Shown: positions 34,797 to 47,200 of the stretch, one piece after another
Numbering within the stretch: the first letter of the stretch is position 1
Layout of the letters: every line of letters starts with the position of its first letter
Source of the DNA: Anthoceros angustus
Taxonomy: Eukaryota > Plantae > Anthocerotophyta
Reading direction: 5' to 3'
DNA: 64,000 nt
Assembly (NCBI GenBank): GCA_010909165.1
Contig: VJWM01000135.1
Span: 372,001-436,000, forward strand
Notes under the pieces: model-generated
Database searches by the model: none
What the model was told of the DNA's origin: nothing
Seen by the model: only the letters and a program-made list of their open reading frames with translations
Program-made: the position numbers and the translations under genes

Positions 34797-37700
34797 CTAG
34801 ACTCGGCATCGACATTCCTAAGATATCCTATCGCATCAAGATATGCCGTAAATATTCTAAGAATACACTATAATATGCAAGGAATATGCCAAAGCATATT
34901 ACTTGAGCTTATCCACTTAGCTATTGCTAACCATGTTTAATTAACACTAATCAATGCTTAATTAACATAAGCACATTAGATTAATTAACACTAATCAACG
35001 CTTAATTAACATAAGCACTTTAGATTAATTAACACTAATTACTTACTTAAAGATAAGTAATTAGATTAATTAATGCTAATCAAACACTAAACCCAAGTGC
35101 AGAGATTAGTATCACACGGCATGACATTTGCCACCATCATGTAGGCAATTTTTATTGTCTTATAGGGCATCCGTAGCGATGCGTCCACGTGACAATCAAC
35201 CAACCTTCGATGAGGTGGTTAGATTACTCCTACAAGAGGAGCTTGATGGTTCTTTCCAGACACAAGGCAACGAAGGCTTGGCACTCTTCTCGAAGAAGGG
35301 CACATCACGGTGGAAGACGTCGCAAGCCAAGTCTCTAGAAGGGACAAAGGATACGGATGCAAAGAGAAAGGTGAAAGGCTTTTGTTATTATTGCGGGAAG
35401 CCCAATCACCACGCAAAGGATCAAAATAAGATTGGCGGACTTGAAGAAGGGAAATCATCCCAAGCTAATCAAGTCAGAAGGACCAAGAACACATCTTCGC
35501 TTTCACCGAAAGAGATCAAGCGACTTCATCAAAGAAGGATGAGAGTTTGTACCTTGACTGTGCATCCCAAGATTTCGCTTATAACCTTCCTTGGTTCTCA
35601 AGCTACGAGGTATTGCCGGAGGGGCATACGGTGGCGCTTGGTGACAATAGGTCACATGACATCAAGGAAGAGGAGTGTTACGAGTCCATCTTCCGGAGGA
35701 CCTGTGTATTAAGGACGTGCATCATGTGCCTCATCTTGCGAGGAATCTTCTTTCGCAAAAATTGCCGATGCAGGTCATGAGGTTGTGTTCAATTCCAAAA
35801 GGATTTCGGATCCAATCCGAGCACCGAGTTATCGAATGCTAAAGTGATTGCTAGGCGTCCGAGTAGGAAATTTGTACAAGTTGTGTGCTTCGTGGAAGGC
35901 AAGCTTGCACCTTTATGGACGATTCGCAAAATAGCATTGGATCTATTGATTTATGGCATCAACGTCTAGGGCACATTGGTGTGGACAATATCAGTTGATG
36001 AAGAACCAACATATGGTTCTGAGCTTGGATTTGAAAGAAGTGGGTGAGCAAATTATGCCAAGGGTGCATAATGGAAAGCTACACCGAACTAAGTTCCCAA
36101 GATTGCAGCTGACGAGCAAAGATGGCGCTAGAGTTGGTACACACGGATGTGTGTGGTCCAATGAAAATCCACTCATGGCGGAGCCCGCTACATTCGGTGT
36201 TTGTGGATGATTTCACTAGGAAGACTGGACATATCTTATGAAGGAGAAATCCTGTATTTACACTCTTCAAGGAATGGAAAGCCATGGTGGAGAACGCAAG
36301 TGGACAACGTCAAGACTTTGCGTAGTGACAACGGAGGTGAATACATCTCCACGACTTCCAACGCTTTTGCAAGGAGCATGGAATTGGAAGGCAACTAACC
36401 ATCCCTCACACACGGAGCAAAATGGAGTGGCGGAGCAAACTTAGGAGTCCGTGGAGGCTAAATGCATGTTACATCATAGTGGCTTGGAAGTACGTTTTTG
36501 GGGTGAGGCTGTTGTTACAGCAACCTATGTTTTGAATCGAGTTCCAACCAAAGCTATTGTTGGAATGACCCCGGAGGAAGCGTGGTCTGGCGTCAAGCCC
36601 GACATAAGCCATTTGAGGATCTTTGGTTCAGTGGTTTATGCTCACGTTCCGAAGCAAACCCGAACAAAATGGGATCCAAAAGGCGTGAAGTGCCTTATGC
36701 TTGGATACTCTACTGAGATTAAGGGCTACCGGTTGTATGATCTTTCAAGGAAGAAGATCATTTTTAGCAGGGACGTTGTATTTAATGAGGTTGTGGAACC
36801 CATCAAAGGAGTGGGAGCTCCAACCCCAGCGGTTATCATGAAGGATCCGACGGCGTATGTTGACGACCCTGATGAGGATTCTGACTATGATGACACTCTT
36901 GAGCAACCTGCTCCTGAGCCCAACGAACCTTCTCAACAATGCGACATAGAGGGGGGAGAAAGGGAAATTCCTGATGTCGCGATTGGAGAAGTAGATGAAG
37001 ATCAAAGCATTGTCGAATTGTGAAGAAGAGGAAGCTCAAGTATTCGAGAGAGACAACCAATCTTGAGAAGATCAAGAGACAATGGAAACCTTCAGAAGAT
37101 CTTGGAATCCATGAATGCATGTGTGTATGAGGAGGCATGGTTGGCGATGCGGAACCACAAAGCCTAAGGGAAGCATTGGAAGGACCAAAGGCAAAGGAGT
37201 GGAAAGAAGCGTGATGAGTATAACTCTTCTCAAGAACAAAACTTGGGCAATCACTCCTCTACCTCACGGAAGGAAGAGCATAGGATCAAAGTGGACATTC
37301 AAGATTAAGCGCAAGGTGATGGAAGCATAGAGCGCTACAAGGCAAGGTGGGGAAAGGATATACACAAGTCCTGTGTGGATTATCGATACCTTCTCCCCGC
37401 CGCTAAGATAGCATCTATCCGAGCTCTCCTAGCTATCGCAGCCGCCGACATGGAGATACATCATATGGATGTTCGACCGTTCTGAATGGAGATCCGGATG
37501 AAGAGATCTACATGGACCAGCCGAGGGATACGAAATACCGTGACGCGAGGGAGAGGTATGTAGGCTGCTAAAGGCTCAGATGGTCTTAAGCAATCGCCTT
37601 GCTTGGTATCGTAAGGTTGATGTGTTTTTCCCCTAGAGGTTTCAAGAAAACCAATGATTGGAATATCTATGTGAAGAGAGTGGGAGAATCCATAATTATC

Positions 37701-39787
37701 ATTGCTGTTTATGTGGACGATTTGATTATTGCTAGCAATGACATGGAACTCTTAGACTCGAAAGCAAAGCCTTAATGCAAGCTTTGACATGAGAGATTTG
37801 GGTGAGCTCCACTATTCCCTAGGAATAAAGGTGGAAAGGAATAGGGCTAACAAAATGATCTCTTGAGCCAACAAACATATGTGGAGACCATATTGAGCGT
37901 TTGCATGCAAGATTGCAAACCCATGAAGACGCCAATGATCTTCAATGAGAAGCTATCGCAGGAGATGAGCCCTACAACGAAAAGGAGAAAGAGAAGATAG
38001 ATAAGACTCTCTATCAACGTGCGTTGGCTGTCTTACATATTTGGCAACAGGACAAGGCCCGACATTGCAGAGGCGTGGGAGTTGTGAGTCGATTCTTGGC
38101 CAACCTCGACAACAACATTATCAAGCGATCAAGAGGATATTCGATACTTGCGGCACAAAACATTGGAAGTTGAAATACCAAAAGGATCGACATGAAGGCG
38201 CCTGTGGTTGGATTTTGTGATTCGATTAATGGAGATGTCGATGGCGCAAGTCTACCAGGATATGTGTTATGCTATTTGGGGAGCCATTTCATGGAGTAGT
38301 AGGCCACCATCGTGGCTTTGTCCTCTGAGCGGAGTACATGGCAATATCTCACGCAACAATGGAAGCAATATGGCTACGACGATTGCTCAAGAAATGGGAT
38401 TTAAGGTAAGGGTGCAACAACCATCTTCAACGACAATCAAGGTTGCATTTACTTAGCAAAGAATGCTACTTTTCACGCGAGGACGAAACACATTGAAGTA
38501 AAGCATCACTTCATCAGGGAGAAAGTTCAATCCAAGGCGATAGAGCTAGCGTATTGTCCCACTGTGGACATGCCTGCAGATGTTTTGACGAAAGGGTTGA
38601 CTTTAGAGAAGCACGTTAAATTTAGCAAGATGTTAGGCTTAAAAGAGTAGCACTGATGTGTTGAGTGGGAGTGTTAGAAATCTATAGGATTAGTGCAACA
38701 CATCACATATTAGAGTTATGAGTATAAGTCCTAGAAGTATATAGGATTATCCCAGGAGCGAGATAGGGTTTCATACTATCGAGAGTATGACAAGGCCAAA
38801 GGCTATATATGTATGCATAGCACACCATTTCTAATGTAATCAACTGAATTATCTTTTAACAGAGCCCATCTACCGGGCTTTTACTGTGAGATTGTGGGTA
38901 TTGAAATTAATGGCGACTACATGTTCCCGGCCACTTCTTCTAGTACTTGCGACTGATTCCTCCATCGGACTTGGCAAGTTTCTTCTCTCTTTGAGCAAAT
39001 CGGATTACTGCTTGAGTTCGGATCGCCCTCAATCGTTCAGGCGTCCTGCCTTCGTTGTCGACACCAAGATGAATGTGTTGATCCAAGTGGAGGTCATAAG
39101 AACTACGACAGTCTCACTGCTCCATCGCAATATGAAACAAAAAGAAAATGAACAATAAATAATAAAAATGAATAATTGTAACCTATGAAGTAAGATAGGC
39201 CAGCCTCCGTTTTACATCCCACTGTGTGTGACCGTCTGTGACGTATGTATGAGCGATTGTTTTTGTTTTCCACGTCTTTCCGAAGTACTATTTTGACTTC
39301 TTGCTAGCTGTGGCTGGCAGGTGGCAAACCACATAAGAAATTGTGCGGATGAGCCTTCGGTGGACTGGCTACGGATACTGGGAGCGCCTTTGTGAGGGAG
39401 ACTCACAGTAACCAGGCTTAATAGGAATAATTGATTCTCTAGTAGCTATCTGGTTATATCAAAACATGGTCCAGTCCTGAATCGCCCCATGTTTTGGGCA
39501 CATCTGTGACATTTGGACATTTGGACATTTGGACATTTGGATGATTTTCTGTTGTATGTAAGAGTAATGAAAGAGCTGAATTGATCAATTTTGTACAGCA
39601 CCTTTCTCGAGGCCATACTCTTTTCGTGCTAGAATGAATCCAACTGGATTCCTAGCTCCAATGCTGACTGCACGCCAGATACAAGAATGGAAAAAAAGAT
39701 GGACAGGCCCGACATTATCAAGCACATTATCCACAATCCAGTTGACCAGCGCTGCTGATGCTGTGTACATTTTGCTTCTGCCATTTG

Positions 39788-41190
39788 CTAGAATTTCATT
39801 CCCAATCGCATAACTTTCTCATTGGAAATAGAGTGGGGACTGTAGGCTTCACCAATCCTGCAACATTGAGTCAGCTACTGTCAACATGTGATTTCCATTC
39901 AGTTTGCTCTGGCTTGAAGGTGCGGGTACGCAGTCAACACGTGAGAGGCACCATTCTGTTGGGGTAGGTGTGTATGTACCTGGTCATCAACGACTGTTTT
40001 GGGTAGAAACCCTGAAGAAGCTCTAACAATTCAGCTTCAGTGAGCAGGTTGTCGAAGCACAAATAGCGCCCCGATGCCGCCGGTAGTTCAAATGCTAGAA
40101 TGTGAGCTTGGGCCGCGTCATCGACATGCACATAGGCGAAAGCTCCTCGTTGGTGCGGCTCCTTGGTTGCTGGACGATTTCAGTCAGGAAATCAGCACAG
40201 TCTATTCCACATCTGCGTTCACCCAAGAGAGCTCAAGACACACAACTGAATGCGCACCCTTGGGAAAGGACTCCCTAAATTTCGTCGTTTCCCTTGGCCC
40301 AACAACCAAAGCCGAATTGATCACAACCAGATCAAGCCTTTTGTCTGTGGCAAGAGCCCAGGCATTCCTCTCCACCAACGTCTTTGACAGAGGAAACCAT
40401 AGCTGCGCAAAGGAGTGACTGTGAGATGCATATCAACGCAAATTAGACGGACTCAACAGCAAATGATGCAGCCAAGCTCTGTACCTTCTTCTCCCGGCAG
40501 AACTCCATATTGCTCCAGCACTTCTCATCCACCACAGACTGACTACTCTCTTGGGCGGAGGGCGAGGCAGAAGCACCAGGGAACTTGCCATCCCAGACAA
40601 TTGTGGAAAGTGACGAGGTTAACACCAGGCGTCTCACGGATTCGCTGTTGGCGCATGCTTCCACCACATTCAAAGTCCCTCGGACTTCGTGGTCAACTAT
40701 TTCCGCCTGCGTTCAGGCCATGCGCAATAAGTCCCCAAAATCGTCTCAGGGAACTCGGAATGGAGACTCCCAAACAACGATAGCGTCGGCTTACAGGGTA
40801 ATCGGACAAGTCTGCCAAATTAAGGGGCTGGGACGAATGGAAGACTCCAACGCAGCCACTGAAGGCCCGGGCCAGGCTGTTGTAGCGGAGCAAGTCAGCT
40901 TGCACAAGCTCCAGCCTCTCCTCTGCGCCCTCCAGAGCCATGAAAGCGGCTGCCTCATCTGCAACACCGGAGATTGAAGCTCAGACAAACGCACCCAAAT
41001 CAACCTCAAAGTCTCCCAATGGATGTCCTATCGGCAGCAGGATTGCTCACTGTCGGCAGCAGGATTGCTCACCCACTGAGGTGCGAATGGTGGTACGAAC
41101 TCTGTAGCCTTTGAGAAGCAGAAGGCGCACAAGCCAATAGCCCATCAGCACCCATGACCCGCTCACGCAGACCAATTCCTGATCCGCCAT
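39788..41190 (-). CDS. Cinnamoyl-CoA reductase-like NAD(P)-dependent SDR (multi-exon)
   Basis: MADQELVCVSG..YWLVRLLLLKGYRVRTT; ERLELVQADLL; GTLNVVEACANSESVRRLVLTSS; LWFPLSKTLVERNAW; YVHVDDAAQAHILAFE..SGRYLCF; SNEKVMRLGMKF*. Confidence 0.88.
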
Positions 41191-41792
41191 CGGACCCCAG
41201 AAGGCTGCCTGCGAAAACCAAATGGAAGGATTCCGAATGACTTCAGGGAGCCATCCGTATTGTATAGCCCAAGCCCGGTAAACAGGTAAATATAACTGAT
41301 GGACCAGAACTCTGGGAAGCGTGATGAACTTGACCAATAGAACACCTTGTGGCCCGCAGGAAGGTAGGTATGCACCTGACTAAAGGCTGTTGTTGACGGT
41401 GACCTGAGCATCGGGCGCGGCCATGGATCTAGTTACACCCAACTTTTACGCGTCCTTTGTCTCCCTGCAGTTTTTAAGGGTGGCTGGTCGACTGCACTAT
41501 CCACATGTGAAGATTCTAGCACTGCCACATATGGATCAAGCCAGTACTGAATACAAGCCATCTTGGGCGGGCTCAAAGATGTCGCTGCCACAGTTTGTCA
41601 TTGAACGACTGGATCAGTCTTGTCTACAGTTACCTACTTGTTGAGAATTAAGAAAGCATATCGTGGACGTGTGAGAATGTCTTTATCACAAAGTATATAT
41701 AAGGCCATGTCTGACCTAAATTTGCAACCTGGCCGGCCAGTCAGCAAGTGAGCGCTTCGAGGCAATCAGGTACTCTCCTTCTCTCGGTCAGG

Positions 41793-42535
41793 TCATTCCG
41801 TCTTCTGCAGCTTTTTCACTTCATCTTCTAGTCGAGTAATTTCGGTCTGGACTTGCACCAAGCGGTACAGCAACCTGAACAGCAATAAGTGAGGCACATA
41901 AGCCCGGGAAATAAGTGAGTCACTACAAAGGCACTCCAGAATATGACAAAAGCCACACCAGTAGAAGAAAGCTGCTCCAACACCAAGCAAGGCATTCCGT
42001 TGACCCTTGAACATCTGACAGTCAGAGCACGGGGAAACGTCAGTCTCGGGCATAGCTAATACCGAAACACGAAGCTTGCATTGCCGGACTCGGATGCTTA
42101 CAGATTTCTCGAAGTGGTCTCGTTCCTTCGATGTGCAGATGCCCTCGTGACAGCGAATCCGGTGTTCGTATTTCCAATACACCTCTGCAAAATCGAGCAT
42201 GCCTTTGTAAACAAGCAATCCATTGCAAACAGACGAACCCTAAAATTGACGACAAGGCGTCATCGATGCACCAAACCGAAGTCAGTCTGTTGCATCTGAA
42301 TTAATGGACAGAAGCTGTAGAAAAGCGATAAGTCTCGAAGTATTGCGTTGGTGAGAGACTGACCTAGGAGCTGGAAGAGCGCAAAAGGAATGACTGCAAG
42401 AGCTGGTTGGAGTAACGGCCGGACAAGCTTCAGCAGCTGCTTGCGCACAGTGCTAGGGACGGGGACACTTAGCAGCAACACAACCGCGGCTTCCACCGTC
42501 GCTACCAGGCCAAGGATCATCCACTGCAGCGCCAT
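41793..42535 (-). CDS. BAP31/YET-like ER membrane protein (short plant type)
   Basis: MALQWMILGLVATVEAAVVLLLSVP..LLQPALAVIPFALFQLL|..VYWKYEHR..|FKGQRNALL..FYW|LLYRLVQVQTEITRLEDEVKKL. Confidence 0.88.
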
Positions 42536-42781
42536 CTCCGATACACCGATCCGCAGCTGGAAACCAACAACGCAACGCGGAATGGGTTGAAACAAACTTC
42601 ACAGTGATTGGACTAAATAGTGAGCTTACAGGGCTCTTAACGCTTAAGAACACAAGAACGCGAAGCCTAAGTGCAAGCCGCACGCACCCCAAATAGTTAA
42701 CATATTTGATATCGTACAGAGGACCGAGCTTCTTAGTGGCTTTCCTTCTCAGCCCTCGTTTCTTTGCTCAAAACCCGTTCG

Positions 42782-43831
42782 TTAATCCTCTATTTCAGAA
42801 TCCACTCCAGAAAAATCTTCCTCCTCTTCGTTCTCGTCGGTCTTGTCTGCTGCCTCTGTGTCGTTCTTTTCTGCTTCTAAGACCTTGTCGTCCACGCTAG
42901 TCCTGCAGATAAGCTCAACTGAAGGGTCTCATTACCAAGTAATTACCATCTTCCCCATTTCACATCAGGAGCAAAACATCATTGTCCAAGGGTATCAGAT
43001 CCTTTACCTCCCCACAATCACGTCCTTCCGATGACAACATTTCGCGCACACATCCCTCTGCAGTGCACAGGCTGCATACGATCATACTACACGTTGAAAC
43101 CAAGATTCACGCTTTTCCAGTGACTACAGTGAAACGAGGGCAAGTCAGGAGAAGAAGCTACACCTGAACACAGCGTATGGTACGCTTGTTTAACTGCTCG
43201 TTTTCCACACTGATTACTGCAAAGCACAAGGACATCGAACTAAGAACCCAAACAAAATCTGAGGCACCATAATAGCTGACCACAACAATTCAGTGGTTCA
43301 CAAACTCAGAAATTCCGACTCCCAGAATACCTACTCACCATTTTGCTGGTTCTACCAATGGTTTATACTTGCCGTATCTTCCTCCACCTGTTAAGGGGAC
43401 AAAATCTGCACTTCACAAGCTGGATTTGCAAAACAGGCCATACAACGAACCCTGACCAGCAGGACAGGATACTTCCGTCTCCATTCTATCTGCTCCTTGC
43501 AGCGGTTGCACACATCCGTAACAGCAGGAAATGGATGGGATTTGCCTCCAAGCTCCTGCGTTACAGGGCATATAACAATGAGGACTCGCACACCAACCCA
43601 GCCATCTAGGCCGCAAAGATGATCAAAACATTGGAAAGTCACCTTGTCTTTTCGCTTCACTCCAGCGTTCGGCTTCCACGCATGCCTGCAGAGAATTCAA
43701 CAATCGCTCCATGTGAAAATCAGCAGGGTTTAGGGTTTAAGACATGCCGAAGAAAAAGGATTTGCAGATCAAACCTACGAGTTCTGATGCTTGGGCGGGC
43801 CCTTGGTGTTGCCACCGCGGCGGCTCGACAT
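42782..43831 (-). CDS. C9orf85-like (DUF2039) Cys-rich protein (multi-exon)
   Basis: GPPKHQN|AWKPNAGVK|..DVCNRCKEQIEWRRK|YGKYKPLVEPAKC|NQCGKRAVKQAYHTLC|..CAKC..; acidic C-terminal tail. Confidence 0.85.
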
Positions 43832-44299
43832 GCTACACCTCCCTCGCTGGTCGCATCGAAATCCCACCGCACCAAGAACGCACGCTTGTTTTTCCACGAG
43901 CTGCTATTGGCGAGAAAATGAATTATCCCGTTCCGTTATTCTTATAACGGAACAGCGCGCTCTTACGGATGACGTGGCAGTGAAAGGCACGGGAACTTCG
44001 GGAAGGCCAAAGCTCCGGGGATCCTTGTCCTCCGGCCTGGCTTGCTTCTATCTCGCCGGGCTTCGCTCCCGAATTTCGCATCTATACATAGTTGGATCAC
44101 AGTAAGCCGAGCAAACGTCCAGGCTTCTGAATTGAAGGAGACTAGGACAATTTCTAACCAGATTGTTATTATTCTTGCGGGGTAGAAGCTAGCTGGGCAT
44201 TGTCCTTCACGGGTCTTGGTATCTGGCCGGATCCACCGCAGAGTGTGCAATTTCCTTTGCCAGCTTTTTGCGATGCCTGTTCCTGTGTCTTTCGGAGAG

Positions 44300-47200
44300 A
44301 TGGGGGGACAAGAGGCTGAAATCCAGGCTTTTCTGGAGCACTGTCGAGAGTCCGGAGATCGGGCCTATGCTGCATTCAAGACGATTCTGGCCAGGCTTCA
44401 AGACGAGGAGACTCGCGGGGGAGCACGGAAGTTTCTGGGCTCGGTTGAGCTGTATGTGGAAACTCAGCTGCAGGGTGTGGACTGCCTGGCTACCTATCAT
44501 TTCCGGATTCACCAGCTCGCTCTGACCGATTATGAAGGTCTGTGACTTTAATTCTTCTATCTGATGATGTCAGTTCGGGAATTCTTGAGGTTGGTGGTGC
44601 GTCAGTCTTGGCATTGCTGCTGGACGTTTGGTATTCTGCAGTCTGCGTCTGTCGTAAGACAATGGGCCTGTGTGATGGCGGAATCAGTTTGTGGAGATGA
44701 CATTCTTGAGCACACCTTGTTTCGCCCCTGAGTCAGATGATGTCGAACAATGCTTGTGGTACTTACCGCTGTTCAGGGAACAGTAGCATGTGGTCAGGAG
44801 ACCTGCGACGAAGCGCAGCCAATGGATTTACCATGGAACAGATGCGCTCTCGGGGGTACCCTTGTCAACCTGGGGTGCTGAATTGAACAAAAGATTTGTG
44901 TGGTGCAGCTAGCTGACATCTCTGTACTAACCTGTGATTATGTCGCACCTGTGATTTTAATGAATGATGTAATACGAAGTCAACCCAGCTGCTATTGGAA
45001 ATCCTGCAACTGACTGCCTAGCTGACAGTACTACGTTCTGTCATCCAGGGTTTCAGGCCAACAGGCAAAGCCTTACGCTGCTGGAGCTTCCGAGCATTTT
45101 CATTCCAGAAGACTGGTCCTTCACTTTCTTCGAAGGGATTAACAGGCACCCAGACGTCGGTTTTAGGAATCGAGATGTTGCAGAGCTTGGATGTGGGAAT
45201 GGATGGGTGTCCATTGCACTTGCAGATAGGTGGTCTCCACGAAAGGTAAGATTCAGGTTGAGGCCGCTGATATTTGGCAGGAGTGCAAAAAGGCAAGAGT
45301 TTAAAGCTCGTGGTTCTGCAGGTGTATGGTCTTGATATCAACCCAAGGGCTATTAATGTGGCTTGGATCAATCTGTATCTTAATGCACTCACTCCAGATG
45401 GGTTTCCTATTCGTGATCATGAAGGAAGAACCCTCCTGGACCGAGTCGAGTTTCATGTCTCTGACCTGCTGGCATATTGCAGAGAGCAGAATATTGTGCT
45501 CGACCGCATTGTTGGATGCATACCACAGGTGATGTCTCGGTTGCTTTTCGATTTCTCTGGGTTGAGCTGTTGCAAGGCTGAGCATTTTAGAAGTGTATCT
45601 TTGGTCCTCCAATCGGACTTGATGTGTGAGAAATAAACTACAGATACTGAATCCAGACCCAGAAGCTATGCATAAGATAGTTACGGAGAACGCAAGTGAG
45701 GAGTTTCTACATTCCCTGAGCAATTACTGTGGCCTTCAGGTACCTGCTTTCAATACTTGAAGCAAAGGTTTTGGTTGAGATTGGCTGTTCCAATTTTGAT
45801 TTATTGCGTACATGTCAAGCCTTCTGTTCCTTCATTCCATTTACCTCGTGAATGTGGATCCCGTAGGGTTTTGTTGAAGACCAGTTTGGACTTGGCCTTG
45901 TTGCACGGGCTGTTGAGGAGGGTATAGCAAGTATCAAGCCTACTGGTGCAATGATATTTAACGTTGGTGGTCGTCCAGGCCAAGCTGTTTGTGAAAGACT
46001 GTTCCAGCGCAGGGGGTTCAACATAACAAAATTGTGGCAGACCAGAGTAAACCAGGTACATGTCCAGGTCGAGTTTGGATTGGGGTGTGGTAGCTGCTAG
46101 ACATTGGCACCCAAGGTTCATGTCCTGTTTTCTCTGGGCTTGTATGTGCCAGGCAGCAGACACGGATATTCTTGCCCTTGTGGAGATTGAGAAGAATAGT
46201 CGGCACAGATTTGAGTTCTTCATGGGTCGTAGTGAGGAGCCAATAAGTGCCCGCACTGCATGGGCTTATGCAAACTCAGGGGGCGTGATTTCACATGGGC
46301 TGTCTGTATATGAATGCAACCTCCGACAACCAAATCAGGTGACTTCAGCAGCAGCAAAGAGAGGGACGCTGCAGTTACTATGGGGAGTTACAAACTGACA
46401 CCGTGTCTTGTATCCAGGTGAAGACAATTTTCAAGTTCCTCAGTGATGGTTTTGGGGATACACGTGGTGCCGTGGATCTATCTTTTCAGGAAGATACAGT
46501 GGCAGATGAGAAGATATCGTTTCTTGCCCACCTGGCACGTGCCCTGGGGAAACTCGTGAGCTTCCCATATGAGTTGCCATCGGGAAGCTCAAGGTTTCGG
46601 AAACTTATAGCTGGGTTTTTGCGAATATATCATCGTCTTCCATTGAGCCCCAGTGTAAGAAATCTTTACTCATAGATGTCACACTTTGAGGTGATCCCTT
46701 ATATTCTGTTTGCTGTCTCCTTTTGTTTCAGCACTTGAAGTTTAGAGAGCACACATTCTTAGCTCTACATGACGCTCGTCTGTTGGCAGAATCTTATCGT
46801 TGTACCTTCAAGGCCTGTAGCAATCGAGAACATCCTGAGGCTTTATACCCCACAGCTGGCCCTAGTTGATGGTAATCTTACAAGGCTACTTCCGAAAAAG
46901 TGGCTTTCTGCTTTGCCATCTGAGGTACAGAAAAAACTTTGGTGCTTGCTGCTATTCTAAAGGATGTGGGAGTTCCCGTCTCACCGTTTTGGGGTGCATG
47001 CTCAAGCAGGGAAGTGTTGTCCACACTGCTGAGCCAACACCTCAAATTTGCGTCGTGGAGGCACCTCACCGTGCAGACTTAGTTACCCAGCTTGTCAAGC
47101 ACTTGAAACCCCAAGTTGTTATCACAAGCCTTGCAGACTTTGAGATGAGGACGACTACGGCTTTTGAAAAGCTGCTTGAAACTACCGAGAGTGTTGGTGC

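Larger units (their letters stand above)
23243..35126 (-). mobile_element. Ty3/gypsy LTR retrotransposon with DNA methyltransferase and PHD domains, nested in copia gag
   Basis: TG..CA ends; 4-bp TSD TTTG (23239-23242 / 35127-35130), whose removal restores copia LSSLPPS. Terminal repeat copies at 23335-23912 and 34612-35126. Minus-strand order: gag (knuckle-like ..CWEKHPELRP), protease (VLID..~31650), DNMT, RT (MCGDYRPLN, YIDDVII), RNase H (FVLYTDWSKYGIGAVLAQ), integrase (HEGLGHFG..CRVC, WSVDL, VEHFSKW), PHD. Confidence 0.93.
22421..38861 (+). mobile_element. Ty1/copia LTR retrotransposon (host of the nested insertions)
   Basis: LTRs TGTTAG...TAACA at 22421-22616 and 38672-38861; 5-bp TSD GAGCC; PBS TGGTATCAGAGC (iMet) at 22617; PPT GAGTGGGAG. 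gag (VEKFNGRNFTLWKLKL...LSS|LPPS...CYYCGKPNH), integrase (FWGEAVVTATYVLNRVPT), RT and RNase H in copia order, frameshifted. Confidence 0.97.
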
